DNA from: Microcella sp.
Lineage (GTDB): Bacteria; Actinomycetota; Actinomycetes; Actinomycetales; Microbacteriaceae
Direction of reading: 5' to 3'
Assembly (NCBI RefSeq): GCF_046293215.1
Contig: NZ_JBKBPI010000011.1
Coordinates: 1,811-65,810 of the forward strand
Length of the DNA stretch: 64,000 nt
This document shows positions 18,103 to 27,148 of this stretch, piece after piece; position 1 is the first letter of the stretch; the number at the start of each line of letters is the position of its first letter. Position numbers and translations under genes: made by a program. The notes under the pieces were generated by a model. The model had not been told where the DNA came from and made no database searches. It saw only the letters and a list, made by a program, of their open reading frames with translations.

Positions 18103-19877
18103 TGTGGACTCTCTCCTTCGTCGTCCCGCTTCTGGTGGCGGCGACGATCGCCGCGCTGAGTCTCGGGGCGGGCGAGGCGCGTGCCCGCGCCCGCGAGCTC
18201 GTCGTGCAGTACGCGTGGCTCGCGGTCGTGCCGACGGGCATCGTCGCGAGCCTCGACGACGGCGCGCTGAAAACGGTCGACTGGATGCTGTTCGGCACCG
18301 CGATCCGCCTCGATGAGGTGGGGCGCCCGCTCGTGCTGCTCGCGGTCATCCTGTACGGCATCGCGCTGGCGTTCGTGCCACGGTCCATCTCCGAGCGCCC
18401 CGCCGGGCTGAACGGCTTCCTGCTGCTGTGCTTCACCGCGAACGTGGGGGTCTTCGTTGCGGCGAACCTCGTCACGTTCTACCTCGTGTTCGCCGCCATG
18501 AGCTTCCTCGGCTACGCGATCGTCGTGCACGACCGCACGACCTCGGCGCGCCGGGCCGGCGCGGTGTACCTCGTGATGACGGTGTTTGGGGAGTCGGCCG
18601 TGCTGGGCGCATTCCTGCTCATCGCGTCCGAGGGCGTCACCGACGTTATCAGCGTGCCTGCGGCGGTCGCCGCATCAGACGCTCGAGACGTCATCGTGGC
18701 GCTGCTCATCATCGGCTTCGGGGTGAAGGCCGGCATGATTCCGCTGCACGTGTGGTTGCCCCTTGCCCACCCCGCCGCGCCGAGCCCGGCCAGCGCCGTG
18801 CTGTCGGGTGTGATGCTCAAAGCGGGAATCATCGGCCTGCTGCGCTTTTTGCCGCTCGGCGAGGGGGCCGCCGAACCGCTCTGGGGCGGTCTGCTCGTCA
18901 CGCTCGCCCTCGTCGGGGGGCTGCTCGCTGCCGTCGTCGGCGTGCTGCACGACAACCCGAAGGTGATTCTCGCGTACAGCAGCATCGGCCAGATGGGCTT
19001 CATTACCGCGCTCATCGGTGCGGCACTGCTCGAGCCGGCGATCGCGCCCGCGGCCATCGCCGCTGCCGTCGTCTACAGCGTCGCCCACGGGCTGATCAAG
19101 GGCGCGCTGTTCTTCAGCATCCAGGTGTGGGATCTCAGCCGCGCCCCCACGTGGGCTGTCGTCGTGCCCCAGACCGTGGCCGCGCTGGGCCTTGCCGGAG
19201 CGCCGCTGACGGCGGGCTTCATCGCCAAGTACGTGTCGAAAGAGTCGCTCGGAGACGTCGCATTGCCCGGCCTTCCGGTGGTCGCGCTCGCCGACATCCT
19301 CCCGTGGTTTGCCGTCGGGTCAACCGTGCTGCTCGCCCGATTCGCCATCGCCATGAGCCGCCGAACGCGCCGCCGCACCGCCGGAAAACCGATCAGCACC
19401 GCGGCCTGGGCGGTGCTGGCGCTCGCCGCGGCCGCCCCCGTGTGGTGGCTCGCGACCGGGTTCGCACCCCCGCTCACCGTGCCCGGCTGGTTCTCGCCCG
19501 GCCCCGTCGTCGACCAGTCGTGGCCGTTCCTGCTCGGCATCGCCCTCGCGCTGGCCGCGGCCGCGCTCGCGCGTCGGCCACGATTCCGGGATGCTCGCCT
19601 GCTGCATCCGCGCGGAGACATCGTGCCCGAGGGCGACGTCGTGGTGCTGCTTGAGCGGGCTGCCGGCGGCACGATGCGGGGCGTGATCCGGGCATCCGGT
19701 GTTCTGGGGGCGACGCGCGACGCGCTCGTGGAGCGCGTGCGGCGGGGGCCGTCGCCGATGCCGACGGTCAGCGGCGTTCAGGCGCGGCTGGGAACCTGGG
19801 TGGTGTCGGGTGCGCTTGCGGTCGCAGCCCTGGCCGGCGCCCTCCTATTCGTGGTGCTGGCGGGAGGGGGCGGCTGA
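18093..19877 (+). CDS. proton-conducting antiporter-like subunit (MrpA/NuoL- or MrpD-like), copy 3, with C-terminal extension
   Basis: 594 aa. KAGMIPLHVWLPLAHPAAPSPASAVLSGVMLKAG motif. About 150 extra C-terminal residues with additional TM segments. Confidence 0.8.
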   Translation: MAVMWTLSFVVPLLVAATIAALSLGAGEARARARELVVQYAWLAVVPTGIVASLDDGALKTVDWMLFGTAIRLDEVGRPLVLLAVILYGIALAFVPRSISERPAGLNGFLLLCFTANVGVFVAANLVTFYLVFAAMSFLGYAIVVHDRTTSARRAGAVYLVMTVFGESAVLGAFLLIASEGVTDVISVPAAVAASDARDVIVALLIIGFGVKAGMIPLHVWLPLAHPAAPSPASAVLSGVMLKAGIIGLLRFLPLGEGAAEPLWGGLLVTLALVGGLLAAVVGVLHDNPKVILAYSSIGQMGFITALIGAALLEPAIAPAAIAAAVVYSVAHGLIKGALFFSIQVWDLSRAPTWAVVVPQTVAALGLAGAPLTAGFIAKYVSKESLGDVALPGLPVVALADILPWFAVGSTVLLARFAIAMSRRTRRRTAGKPISTAAWAVLALAAAAPVWWLATGFAPPLTVPGWFSPGPVVDQSWPFLLGIALALAAAALARRPRFRDARLLHPRGDIVPEGDVVVLLERAAGGTMRGVIRASGVLGATRDALVERVRRGPSPMPTVSGVQARLGTWVVSGALAVAALAGALLFVVLAGGGG

Positions 19878-20377
19878 TGGTGGTCTCGGTGATCTTTCGC
19901 ACGATTGTCATCGCGGCGGCGTGGTTCGCTGTGACGGAACTGCGCCCCTCGGCAATCGTCTACGCGCTCGCGGCCGTGCCCGTGGGGGTTGCCGCTACGT
20001 ACCTCGTGACCGGGATGCCCGCGCGGGGAGGCTCGCTGCGACTCTCTCGGGGCGTCGCGGCGACGGCCGCGAGCCTGCGTTTCGTCGGCTGGATCGCCCG
20101 CAGCGCGATCCTGGGCGGCGGTGACGTCGCGCGCCGGGCGTTGTGGCTGCCGCGCCCCGACGTGGACCCCGCATGGGTGACCCGGCGCACCACCCTCGGG
20201 ACCGCGGCGGGGCGCGTGACCCTGGCCCTCGCCATCAACCTCGCCCCGGGAACGCTCAGCGCGCGCATCGACGGGGACGAGCTCGAGATTCACGTCATTA
20301 CGAATGAGCTCGATGTGGACGCGGCGGTGACGGCGCTCGAAACCCGCATCGCGGCCATCGAACGCGCGATGGCGTGA
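19877..20377 (+). CDS. mrpE: Mrp/Mnh antiporter subunit E-like
   Basis: 166 aa. AINLAPGTLSARIDGDELEIHVI matches the MnhE TPGT-L...H motif. Confidence 0.7.
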   Translation: MVVSVIFRTIVIAAAWFAVTELRPSAIVYALAAVPVGVAATYLVTGMPARGGSLRLSRGVAATAASLRFVGWIARSAILGGGDVARRALWLPRPDVDPAWVTRRTTLGTAAGRVTLALAINLAPGTLSARIDGDELEIHVITNELDVDAAVTALETRIAAIERAMA

Positions 20378-20379
20378 TG

Positions 20380-21150
20380 TCAGGCGGGGGATGCCGTGTC
20401 GAGCGCGGCTTCCACCCGTTCCACCACCCGACGCTGCGCTTCGTTCAGGGAGTCATTCGAGTACTCCGCCAACAGGGCAACTGCTCGCGGGTCGAACGAC
20501 ACCTCGTCGTCTCGAAGAGCTCTGATGACGTCTCCGTACGTCGCCACCATGTCGGCGACGATCGCCTCGACGACGCTATCCGGAGCATCCGCGTCGAGGT
20601 CGGCGAGGCGGCGGGTGAGCGTGAGTGACGTCTCGAGCAGCGCGGGTTCCGAGAAGCGCGCGTACAACCCCGCCAACTCGTCGAGCACCTCGGGGCTCGC
20701 CAGGTGGCCGATCAGGATCGCCTGCTCGCGGTCAACGCGGGCCAGCGTAGAGTCGCCGAGTCGTGCGGCGAAGAGCGCGATGTGCGGCGCGAAGGCATCG
20801 GGCAAGTCGGGCGCGGCGTTCCACGCCATGAGCTGTGCGATCAGCGCTCGACGCTCGGTTAGGCGCTCGATCTCCCGGGCCGTCTCATCGTCGAGCCGCT
20901 CGAGCACCTCTGCCGTGTCCTTGCCGTCGCGGTCGAGCATCGGCGCCAGTTCGCCCAGGCGGAAACCGAGCGACGCGAGTCGGACGATACGCAGCACGCG
21001 CACCAGGTGGTGCACCGAATATTCGCGGTATCCGTTGGGCGTCCGCGGAGGCTCGTCGAGGAGGCCGAGCTGGTGGTAATGCCGCAGGGTGCGCACCGTG
21101 ACGCCGGCGAGGTGGGCGAGGTCACTGCTGCGCATCGGTCGGATCCTCAT
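20380..21150 (-). CDS. MerR-family transcriptional regulator
   Basis: MRSSDLAHLAGVTVRTLRHYHQLGLLDEP...GYREY is an N-terminal MerR HTH. Confidence 0.9.
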   Translation of the reverse strand: MRIRPMRSSDLAHLAGVTVRTLRHYHQLGLLDEPPRTPNGYREYSVHHLVRVLRIVRLASLGFRLGELAPMLDRDGKDTAEVLERLDDETAREIERLTERRALIAQLMAWNAAPDLPDAFAPHIALFAARLGDSTLARVDREQAILIGHLASPEVLDELAGLYARFSEPALLETSLTLTRRLADLDADAPDSVVEAIVADMVATYGDVIRALRDDEVSFDPRAVALLAEYSNDSLNEAQRRVVERVEAALDTASPA

Positions 21151-22393
21151 CGGCAGGGGGCGTCGACGAGTTCAGACTACGGAGTGATCGCGAGACCAGC
21201 GAGACAGCGAGGGCAATGAGCCAGAGGGAGGCGATCGACCACGACGCGATCTCGAGCGTGGCGTACTCGACGAGCAACGCCGCGGCCATGATGCCTGCCG
21301 GTGCCGCCACCGTGAGTGCGGCATTCTGCGTACTCAAGATGCGGCCGCGCATGCTTTCGGGAATGCGCTCGATGAGCACGACCCCGATGATCGTGTTGAG
21401 GATTCCGCCACCCGCGCCGACCAGTGCGGCGGCACCGATGACGATCAGCACCGATGGCAGCGAGGCCATGGCGAAGAAGCCCGCGGTCGCGAGCAGCAGT
21501 CCGCCCATGAACCACGCTCGTCGGTGGCCCGGCGTGCCGACGGCGGCGAACAGGCCCGCGCCGATGAGGAGGCCACCCGCGAGGGCGGAGAGGATCAGCC
21601 CGAGCATCCCGGCCTGGTCCTGAAGCGTGACGTAGACCGGCAGAATCAGGCCCTGGAACGCGGCGAGCACCATCGCCACGATCACGCTGAAGACGGTGAC
21701 CGTCACGAGGAAGCGATCCCGGGCAAGTGCCCGCCATCCCTCTTTCAGGTCGCGCCAGGCCGACGGCGTCGGCGGGGGCGTCGGGAGCGAGCTCGAGAGG
21801 GCGACGGATGCATGGGGCTTGATTCGTCCGATCCGATGCGGCATCACGAGCGTCACCATCGCCGCGAGGAACGACGTGCCGGCCGTCACCCACAACACGG
21901 TCGTGCCGTCGAGGAGCGTCACCAACAGGCCCGCAAGGGCCGGCCCGATCAGGAAGGCGACCGAGCCGAGCATTTCACGCAGGCCGATGAGCCGCTCGGC
22001 GCTCATCGCACCGTGCCGCACGATCGCGGGAACGAGTGCTTCGCGCGCGGTGATCCCCGGCACGTCGCCGATCGAGCCGAGAATGCCGAACAGGACGAAC
22101 CAGCCGATCGTGAGTCCGGTGATCGCGTCGACGATGGGCAGCGCCGCCATCGCCGCCGCCGAGACGAGGTCGGTGACGACGGAGGACGTTCGCCGGTTGA
22201 TCCGGTCGATCACGACGCCCATGAGCAGCCCCGCAACCACGGCGGGAAGCGCTGTCGCCGCGGCGACGGTTCCCGCGCCCAACGCGCTTCCCGTTGTCAG
22301 CAGGACGATGAGGGGGAGGGCGATGGCGGCGATCGAGTTGCCGAGCGTCGACAGGAAGTATGACGCGAGATACGCAGTGGGGATGAGTCGCAT
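21122..22393 (-). CDS. MFS transporter
   Basis: 423 aa, about 12 TM. DRINRR loop motif. Confidence 0.85.
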   Translation of the reverse strand: MRLIPTAYLASYFLSTLGNSIAAIALPLIVLLTTGSALGAGTVAAATALPAVVAGLLMGVVIDRINRRTSSVVTDLVSAAAMAALPIVDAITGLTIGWFVLFGILGSIGDVPGITAREALVPAIVRHGAMSAERLIGLREMLGSVAFLIGPALAGLLVTLLDGTTVLWVTAGTSFLAAMVTLVMPHRIGRIKPHASVALSSSLPTPPPTPSAWRDLKEGWRALARDRFLVTVTVFSVIVAMVLAAFQGLILPVYVTLQDQAGMLGLILSALAGGLLIGAGLFAAVGTPGHRRAWFMGGLLLATAGFFAMASLPSVLIVIGAAALVGAGGGILNTIIGVVLIERIPESMRGRILSTQNAALTVAAPAGIMAAALLVEYATLEIASWSIASLWLIALAVSLVSRSLRSLNSSTPPADEDPTDAQQ

Positions 22394-22407
22394 GCCCCCA
22401 TCTGAAA

Positions 22408-22728
22408 CTATGACGTTACGTCGGGGTCAAGCGTCGGCCGGCGGCCGCTGAGGCGGGCGACATCGACGCCGAGGAACGAGAATTGCAGGGCGATCCAGCC
22501 GCCCGCGACGAGCTGCGCGGCCTCAGTGGGGAGCGAGGTCACGGTGGGTAGCAGCAGCACGATCGTCGGCGTCGTCTCGCCGTTCGCCACGGCGATCGCC
22601 CCGAGCACCAGGATTCCGCCGTATACGTAGGCCGCGAGGCGCAGCCGCATGCGCTCGACGGGCAACGACTTCCCCCGACGCACGAGCAGCCAGCGCGGCA
22701 GTCGGGTCGGCAGCTCGACAGTGCTCAC
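22408..22728 (-). CDS. small membrane protein, hypothetical
   Basis: 106 aa, two hydrophobic segments, high G/C third-position bias. Lies 14 nt upstream of the MFS gene on the same strand. Confidence 0.45.
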   Translation of the reverse strand: MSTVELPTRLPRWLLVRRGKSLPVERMRLRLAAYVYGGILVLGAIAVANGETTPTIVLLLPTVTSLPTEAAQLVAGGWIALQFSFLGVDVARLSGRRPTLDPDVTS

Positions 22729-22793
22729 CCTGTCACTGTGCCACGCGCGTGCGATCGGCGGAACATCCGTGGCGGCCCGGGTGTTACCCCAGC

Positions 22794-24125
22794 ATGACCC
22801 TCAGCCCTGCCCCCTACGCTGGAGGGGTGACCGAGGCCGCCCCGTTCTCCTCCGCTGAGCTGGAGCACATTCGCGCGCAGTTTCCGATTCTGCGCCGCGA
22901 TGTTTACGGGCATCCCCTCGTCTACCTCGACTCGGCGGCGACCGCGCAGAAGCCGACCCGGGTCATAGAGGCGGAAGCCACCTTCTATCGCGAGGCGAAC
23001 GCCGCCGTGCACCGCGGCGCCCACACGCTCGCCGGCGAGGCGACCGAGCTCTACGAGGATGCTCGGGGCACCGTCGCGCGTTTCCTCGCGGTCGATGACA
23101 ACGAGGTCGTGTTCACCTCCAACGCCACCGAGGGGCTCAACCTGATCGCGTACGCGATCGGGAACGCGAGCCTCGGTCGCGGGGGAGCGGCAGCCGCGCC
23201 GTATGCACTCCGCGAGGGTGACGAGATCGTCGTCACCGAGCTCGAGCACCACGCGAACCTCATCCCGTGGCAAGAACTCGCCGCCCGCACCGGGGCCACG
23301 CTGCGGTTTGTCCCCGTCGACGACAACGGGGCGATCGACGTCGATGCGGCGACGGGCGTGATCGGGGCGCGCACGCGCATCCTCGCCGTCAGCCACGTGT
23401 CGAACGTCACCGGAGCGCACTCGCCGCTCGACCGACTCGTGCCGCTCGCGCGCGCCGTCGGGGCGCTCGTCGTGCTCGATGCCTGCCAGTCGGCGCCGCA
23501 CCTACCCCTGCGGCCACGCGAGCTCGACGTCGACGTCGCGGTATTCAGCGGGCACAAGCTCTACGGCCCGACCGGTATCGGCGTGCTCTACGGTCGCGCC
23601 GAGCTGCTCGACGCGCTGCCGCCCTTCCTCACGGGTGGATCGATGATCACGACCGTGACGATGGAGGGTGCCGAGTACCTACCATCTCCGCAGCGCTTCG
23701 AGCCCGGCACGCCGCGCATCGCACAGGCGATCGGGCTGGCCGAGGCGATCCGCTTTGTCGACGAGTTGGGTTTCGACCGTATCGCCGCGACCGAGCATGA
23801 GCTGGGCGCACGCTTGCTCGACGGGCTCGCTGAGGTGCCGGGTATCCGCGTGCTCGGCGCCGACATCGACGCGCCCCGGGTCGCGCTCGCGAGCGTCGTC
23901 GTCGACGGGGTGCACGCGCACGATGCCGGTCAGATTCTCGACAACGTGGGCATTGCCGCGCGCGTCGGTCACCACTGTGCGCAGCCGCTGCACCGTCGCC
24001 TCGGCGCGACGGCCAGCCTGCGGGTGAGCGCTGGCGTGCACACCACGGCCGACGAGATCGACCAGGCGGTCGCCGCCATCGCGGGCGTTCGCGACTTCTT
24101 CGGATTGACAGGAGAGAACGCATGA
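22794..24125 (+). CDS. sufS: cysteine desulfurase, SufS-type (class V aminotransferase)
   Basis: FPILRRDVYGHPLVYLDSAATAQKP, HHANLIPWQ, SGHKLYGPTGIG and RVGHHCAQP motifs. ATG 22794 preferred; GTG 22749 is possible. Confidence 0.85.
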   Translation: MTLSPAPYAGGVTEAAPFSSAELEHIRAQFPILRRDVYGHPLVYLDSAATAQKPTRVIEAEATFYREANAAVHRGAHTLAGEATELYEDARGTVARFLAVDDNEVVFTSNATEGLNLIAYAIGNASLGRGGAAAAPYALREGDEIVVTELEHHANLIPWQELAARTGATLRFVPVDDNGAIDVDAATGVIGARTRILAVSHVSNVTGAHSPLDRLVPLARAVGALVVLDACQSAPHLPLRPRELDVDVAVFSGHKLYGPTGIGVLYGRAELLDALPPFLTGGSMITTVTMEGAEYLPSPQRFEPGTPRIAQAIGLAEAIRFVDELGFDRIAATEHELGARLLDGLAEVPGIRVLGADIDAPRVALASVVVDGVHAHDAGQILDNVGIAARVGHHCAQPLHRRLGATASLRVSAGVHTTADEIDQAVAAIAGVRDFFGLTGENA

Positions 24126-24589
24126 GCGGACTCGAGCAGCTGTACCAGCAGATCATCATGGATCACTCGAAGTCGCCGCACGGCTACGGGCTCGCCGAGG
24201 GCGATGTGACGAGCCACCAGCGCAACCCGGTCTGTGGCGACGAGGTGACCCTCGCCCTCCGCTGGAACGCTGACGGCACGCGTGTCGAGGAGGTCGCCTG
24301 GGAGGGGTCGGGATGCTCGATCTCGCAGGCGAGCGCGTCACTGTTCGCGACGCTCGCCGCCGAAGACGCCGATGCAGGAAACGCCTGGACCCCCGACGAC
24401 CTGCAGGCCTTCATCGACGAGTTCCGCGAGGCGCTGCGCTCGCGTGGGCAGATCCCGCTCGACGAAGAGCGCTTCGGTGACGCCGCCGCCCTGAGTGGCG
24501 TTTCGAAGTTCGTCGCGCGCGTCAAGTGCGCCATGCTCGCGTGGGTCGCCGCCGAAGACCTGCTGACGCGCCGGGCTGCCGAGGGCTGA
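24122..24589 (+). CDS. sufU: SufU/IscU-like Fe-S assembly sulfur-transfer protein
   Basis: LYQQIIMDHSKSPHG, NPVCGD, GSGCSISQASAS and KCAMLAW motifs. ATGA-type overlap with sufS. Confidence 0.85.
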   Translation: MSGLEQLYQQIIMDHSKSPHGYGLAEGDVTSHQRNPVCGDEVTLALRWNADGTRVEEVAWEGSGCSISQASASLFATLAAEDADAGNAWTPDDLQAFIDEFREALRSRGQIPLDEERFGDAAALSGVSKFVARVKCAMLAWVAAEDLLTRRAAEG

Positions 24590-24632
24590 ACCCGGCTCTT
24601 GGCGTGTCGGGGCGACCCGGCATACTATCGAG

Positions 24633-24654
24633 CATTCGAACACACGTTCGAATG
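24633..24654 (+). promoter_or_regulatory. LexA (SOS) box, perfect palindrome
   Basis: CATTCGAAC-ACAC-GTTCGAATG. The core TCGAAC-N4-GTTCGA at 24636-24651 equals the actinobacterial/mycobacterial SOS-box consensus. A TACTAT -10-like hexamer sits at 24623-24628. Confidence 0.75.
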
Positions 24655-24708
24655 CGGGTCGCGTGTCGCGGCACCGCGTCAGCCTGACCCGTGCCGGAGG
24701 TGAGGCGT

Positions 24709-25053
24709 ATGGCGTCTGCCATTCGCGCCACAGCAACAGAGCATGCGCCTGACCGTGGGCGCCAGCCGACGCCCGACGTCGACGCTGTCGTGTGGTCCGA
24801 TGACGCCGGTCGCCCGCTGCGGTTGATCTGGCAGGGGCACCGGTGGCGCGTCACCGACCGGCCAACGGTGATCACCGCGCCGGTGTCGTGGTGGTGGCGC
24901 GTCGATCCAGCGGGCGACGACCTCGATCTCGCCCCGAGCGAGTGCGTGGGGTGGCGCTTCCAAGCGACCGGCGAGCACGGCGAAACTCGCGTGTTCGACA
25001 TTCGCGACACGGGTGATCCGCGTCGTTGGCGCGTAGTGAAGACCTACTGCTGA
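24709..25053 (+). CDS. small conserved-looking hypothetical protein, predicted SOS-regulated
   Basis: ATG 24709 preceded by GGAGGTGA. 114 aa, Trp/Arg-rich (LIWQGHRWRVTD, WRFQATGEHGETRVFDIRD, RWRVVKTY). Confidence 0.6.
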   Translation: MASAIRATATEHAPDRGRQPTPDVDAVVWSDDAGRPLRLIWQGHRWRVTDRPTVITAPVSWWWRVDPAGDDLDLAPSECVGWRFQATGEHGETRVFDIRDTGDPRRWRVVKTYC

Positions 25054-25066
25054 GCGCTAGCCGTGA

Positions 25067-26977
25067 TCACGACTCGTCGATGAGTCGGGCCAGGTGGGCG
25101 ATGAACCCCGCGAAGTCGCCGCTGTCGCGCGCGAGTCCCGCGACGTCTCGACGCGCGGCGAAGACGTTCACGAACTGGTCGAACAGCGGCTGGAAGCGGG
25201 CGCGGCCGTCGGGGCTGAAGGCGATGAAGGCGACGACGGACACCCGCGCATCCCCCCACGTGACGGGCGTCGGGCACAGCGCGATGGCGATGGCCGTGCG
25301 CTGGGCGGTGAGGCCCATGGCGTGCGGCACGGCCAGCGTTTCGGTAAATGCCGTTGACGACATACGCTCGCGCTCCAGGGCGCCCTCGACGTACGCCGGG
25401 TCGGCCGCTCCCACCTCGACGAGCGCCGCCCCCAGGCCGCGGATGATCGACTCGGGGTCGTCGCCGGGCGGGGTGGCGAAGAAGAGACGCTCGTCGAAGT
25501 ACTCGAGAAGTTCGTCGGCGATTCCTGCTCGGCGACGCTGGCGCCGCGCCCGCGAGGCGGCCTGGCGAATCGCGTCGATGTCGTCATCGGTGAGGAAGGG
25601 CTGCACCACGACAACGCCCTCGCGCACGGCGCCGGTCGGCACGGTTGTGATGACCAGCTCGCTCGCCAGGTCGCGCGGATCGACATCGGAGCGGGTCACC
25701 ACGTACTCGATCGTGAGCTGGTCGCCGAGCTCAACTTCGACCTTCGTGCGCAGAATCTGGTGCAGGTCGTAGTAGCTCGGGCAGAGGATCGAGCACGTCA
25801 CCCGCTGTTCGCGCCGCGACACACGCTCCAGGTGCGAGCCGAGGTGCAGGGCGATGTACGAGATCTCGTCGTCGTCGACGGTGATGTCGCGTTCGCGCTG
25901 CACGATCGAGGCGATGAACACGGCGATGTCGAAAATCAGCGGGTACGAGCTCTTGATCGAGCGCGTGAGGGGGTTGCGGCTCCTGGCGTTGTCGCGGGCA
26001 CGCGCCACGAGGTTGCCGAGATGGATCGCGAAGCGGGTCATGAATGCGTCGTCGCGGAAATCGACCGAGTACTCGTCGAGCACTTGCGCGACGATGCGGT
26101 CGACCGTCGCCCGATCATCCGGATCGATGGCGGGCGTTTCGGCAGCGCGGTTACCGGGGGCCACCACTCGCGTCACGAGCAGGCGGGCCAGGTACTCGAG
26201 GTCGGCCGCGTTCAACACGATGTCGTAGTGCGCGTCGGTCAGGCGCCGCAACACGTCGACGACAGCAGTGTGCTGCGGGTCGGGATGCACGTTCGCATCG
26301 GACAGATGCTGGTCGCGTCGCGCCCGATCGACCGCGATCGCGATGTGGAGGAGGACCGCATCGACGCCGTACTCGTTGACGAAGAACCCCTCCGCCTCGA
26401 GCGCTTGCATGAGTTCGGACTTGAACTCGCTGAGCCCAGCAAGACCGAACTCGTTTTCCAGAGCCTCGAGGTCGATGACCCCCCGTGAACTCTCGGCCTG
26501 CAACAGGCGGCTCAGCAGGCGGCGGCGCGAGCCCTCGGTACCAACCAGTCGCACTCGGCTGCCCGAGCGTTCGAGCGTGGCGCCGGCGTCGTCGGCGATG
26601 GACTTCACCTTGCGCAGGTCAGCTTCGAGCGTCGACTCGCTGACGAACAGCGTGTCGGCGAGAGCGTAGACGTCGATGCCGGCATCGAGCTCGGTGAGGC
26701 GGCGCACCAGGTGGTGAACGCGCTCTTGCGGCGTGCCCGCGATATCGCCGCGCGTGCGGGCCCGATCGAGAAACTCGCCGTACGCCTCTCGATTGAGGCG
26801 ATACCCGGCCGTGGACGCGATAACGATCGGCAGCGGCTGGGCGGCGGTCTTCGCGGCGGCTACGTAGCTGCGAACCGAGCGCGTCGTGACGCCGAGGTCG
26901 TCGGCGAGCTCGGCCGCCGTCACCCAGTCGTCGGCCTGCGCCAGGAGCTCGAGCATGCGCTCGTACTTGTCCGCCAT
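25067..26977 (-). CDS. mtlR: PRD-domain transcriptional regulator, MtlR/BglG-type (HTH + PRDs + EIIB-like + EIIA-like)
   Basis: Start MADKYERMLELL... at 26977. N-terminal HTH (AAELADDLGVTTRSVRSYV), PRD regions, and a C-terminal EIIA(Mtl/Fru)-like end (LAVPHAMG). The track ORF extends spuriously to 27319. Confidence 0.85.
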   Translation of the reverse strand: MADKYERMLELLAQADDWVTAAELADDLGVTTRSVRSYVAAAKTAAQPLPIVIASTAGYRLNREAYGEFLDRARTRGDIAGTPQERVHHLVRRLTELDAGIDVYALADTLFVSESTLEADLRKVKSIADDAGATLERSGSRVRLVGTEGSRRRLLSRLLQAESSRGVIDLEALENEFGLAGLSEFKSELMQALEAEGFFVNEYGVDAVLLHIAIAVDRARRDQHLSDANVHPDPQHTAVVDVLRRLTDAHYDIVLNAADLEYLARLLVTRVVAPGNRAAETPAIDPDDRATVDRIVAQVLDEYSVDFRDDAFMTRFAIHLGNLVARARDNARSRNPLTRSIKSSYPLIFDIAVFIASIVQRERDITVDDDEISYIALHLGSHLERVSRREQRVTCSILCPSYYDLHQILRTKVEVELGDQLTIEYVVTRSDVDPRDLASELVITTVPTGAVREGVVVVQPFLTDDDIDAIRQAASRARRQRRRAGIADELLEYFDERLFFATPPGDDPESIIRGLGAALVEVGAADPAYVEGALERERMSSTAFTETLAVPHAMGLTAQRTAIAIALCPTPVTWGDARVSVVAFIAFSPDGRARFQPLFDQFVNVFAARRDVAGLARDSGDFAGFIAHLARLIDES

Positions 26978-27148
26978 CGTGCGTTCACTGTAGGTGATCA
27001 GCGCCGCGGCCACACGATTTCCGCAGGGGAGGAAAGACGTCTGTTGGCGGGTGTGGGTGGTGATTCCGCACGATAAGTACCACGTGAAGCAGCCCGCCTC
27101 GCGCCTGCCACCACCCGCACCGCCCGCATGACTCGCAAGGAGGCGACC

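Noticed and set aside
22742-22751. CACGCGCGTG palindrome as MerR operator for the upstream minus-strand operon
   Set aside because: Short GC-only palindromes arise by chance at high frequency in this composition. There is no 19-20 bp spacer promoter context visible.
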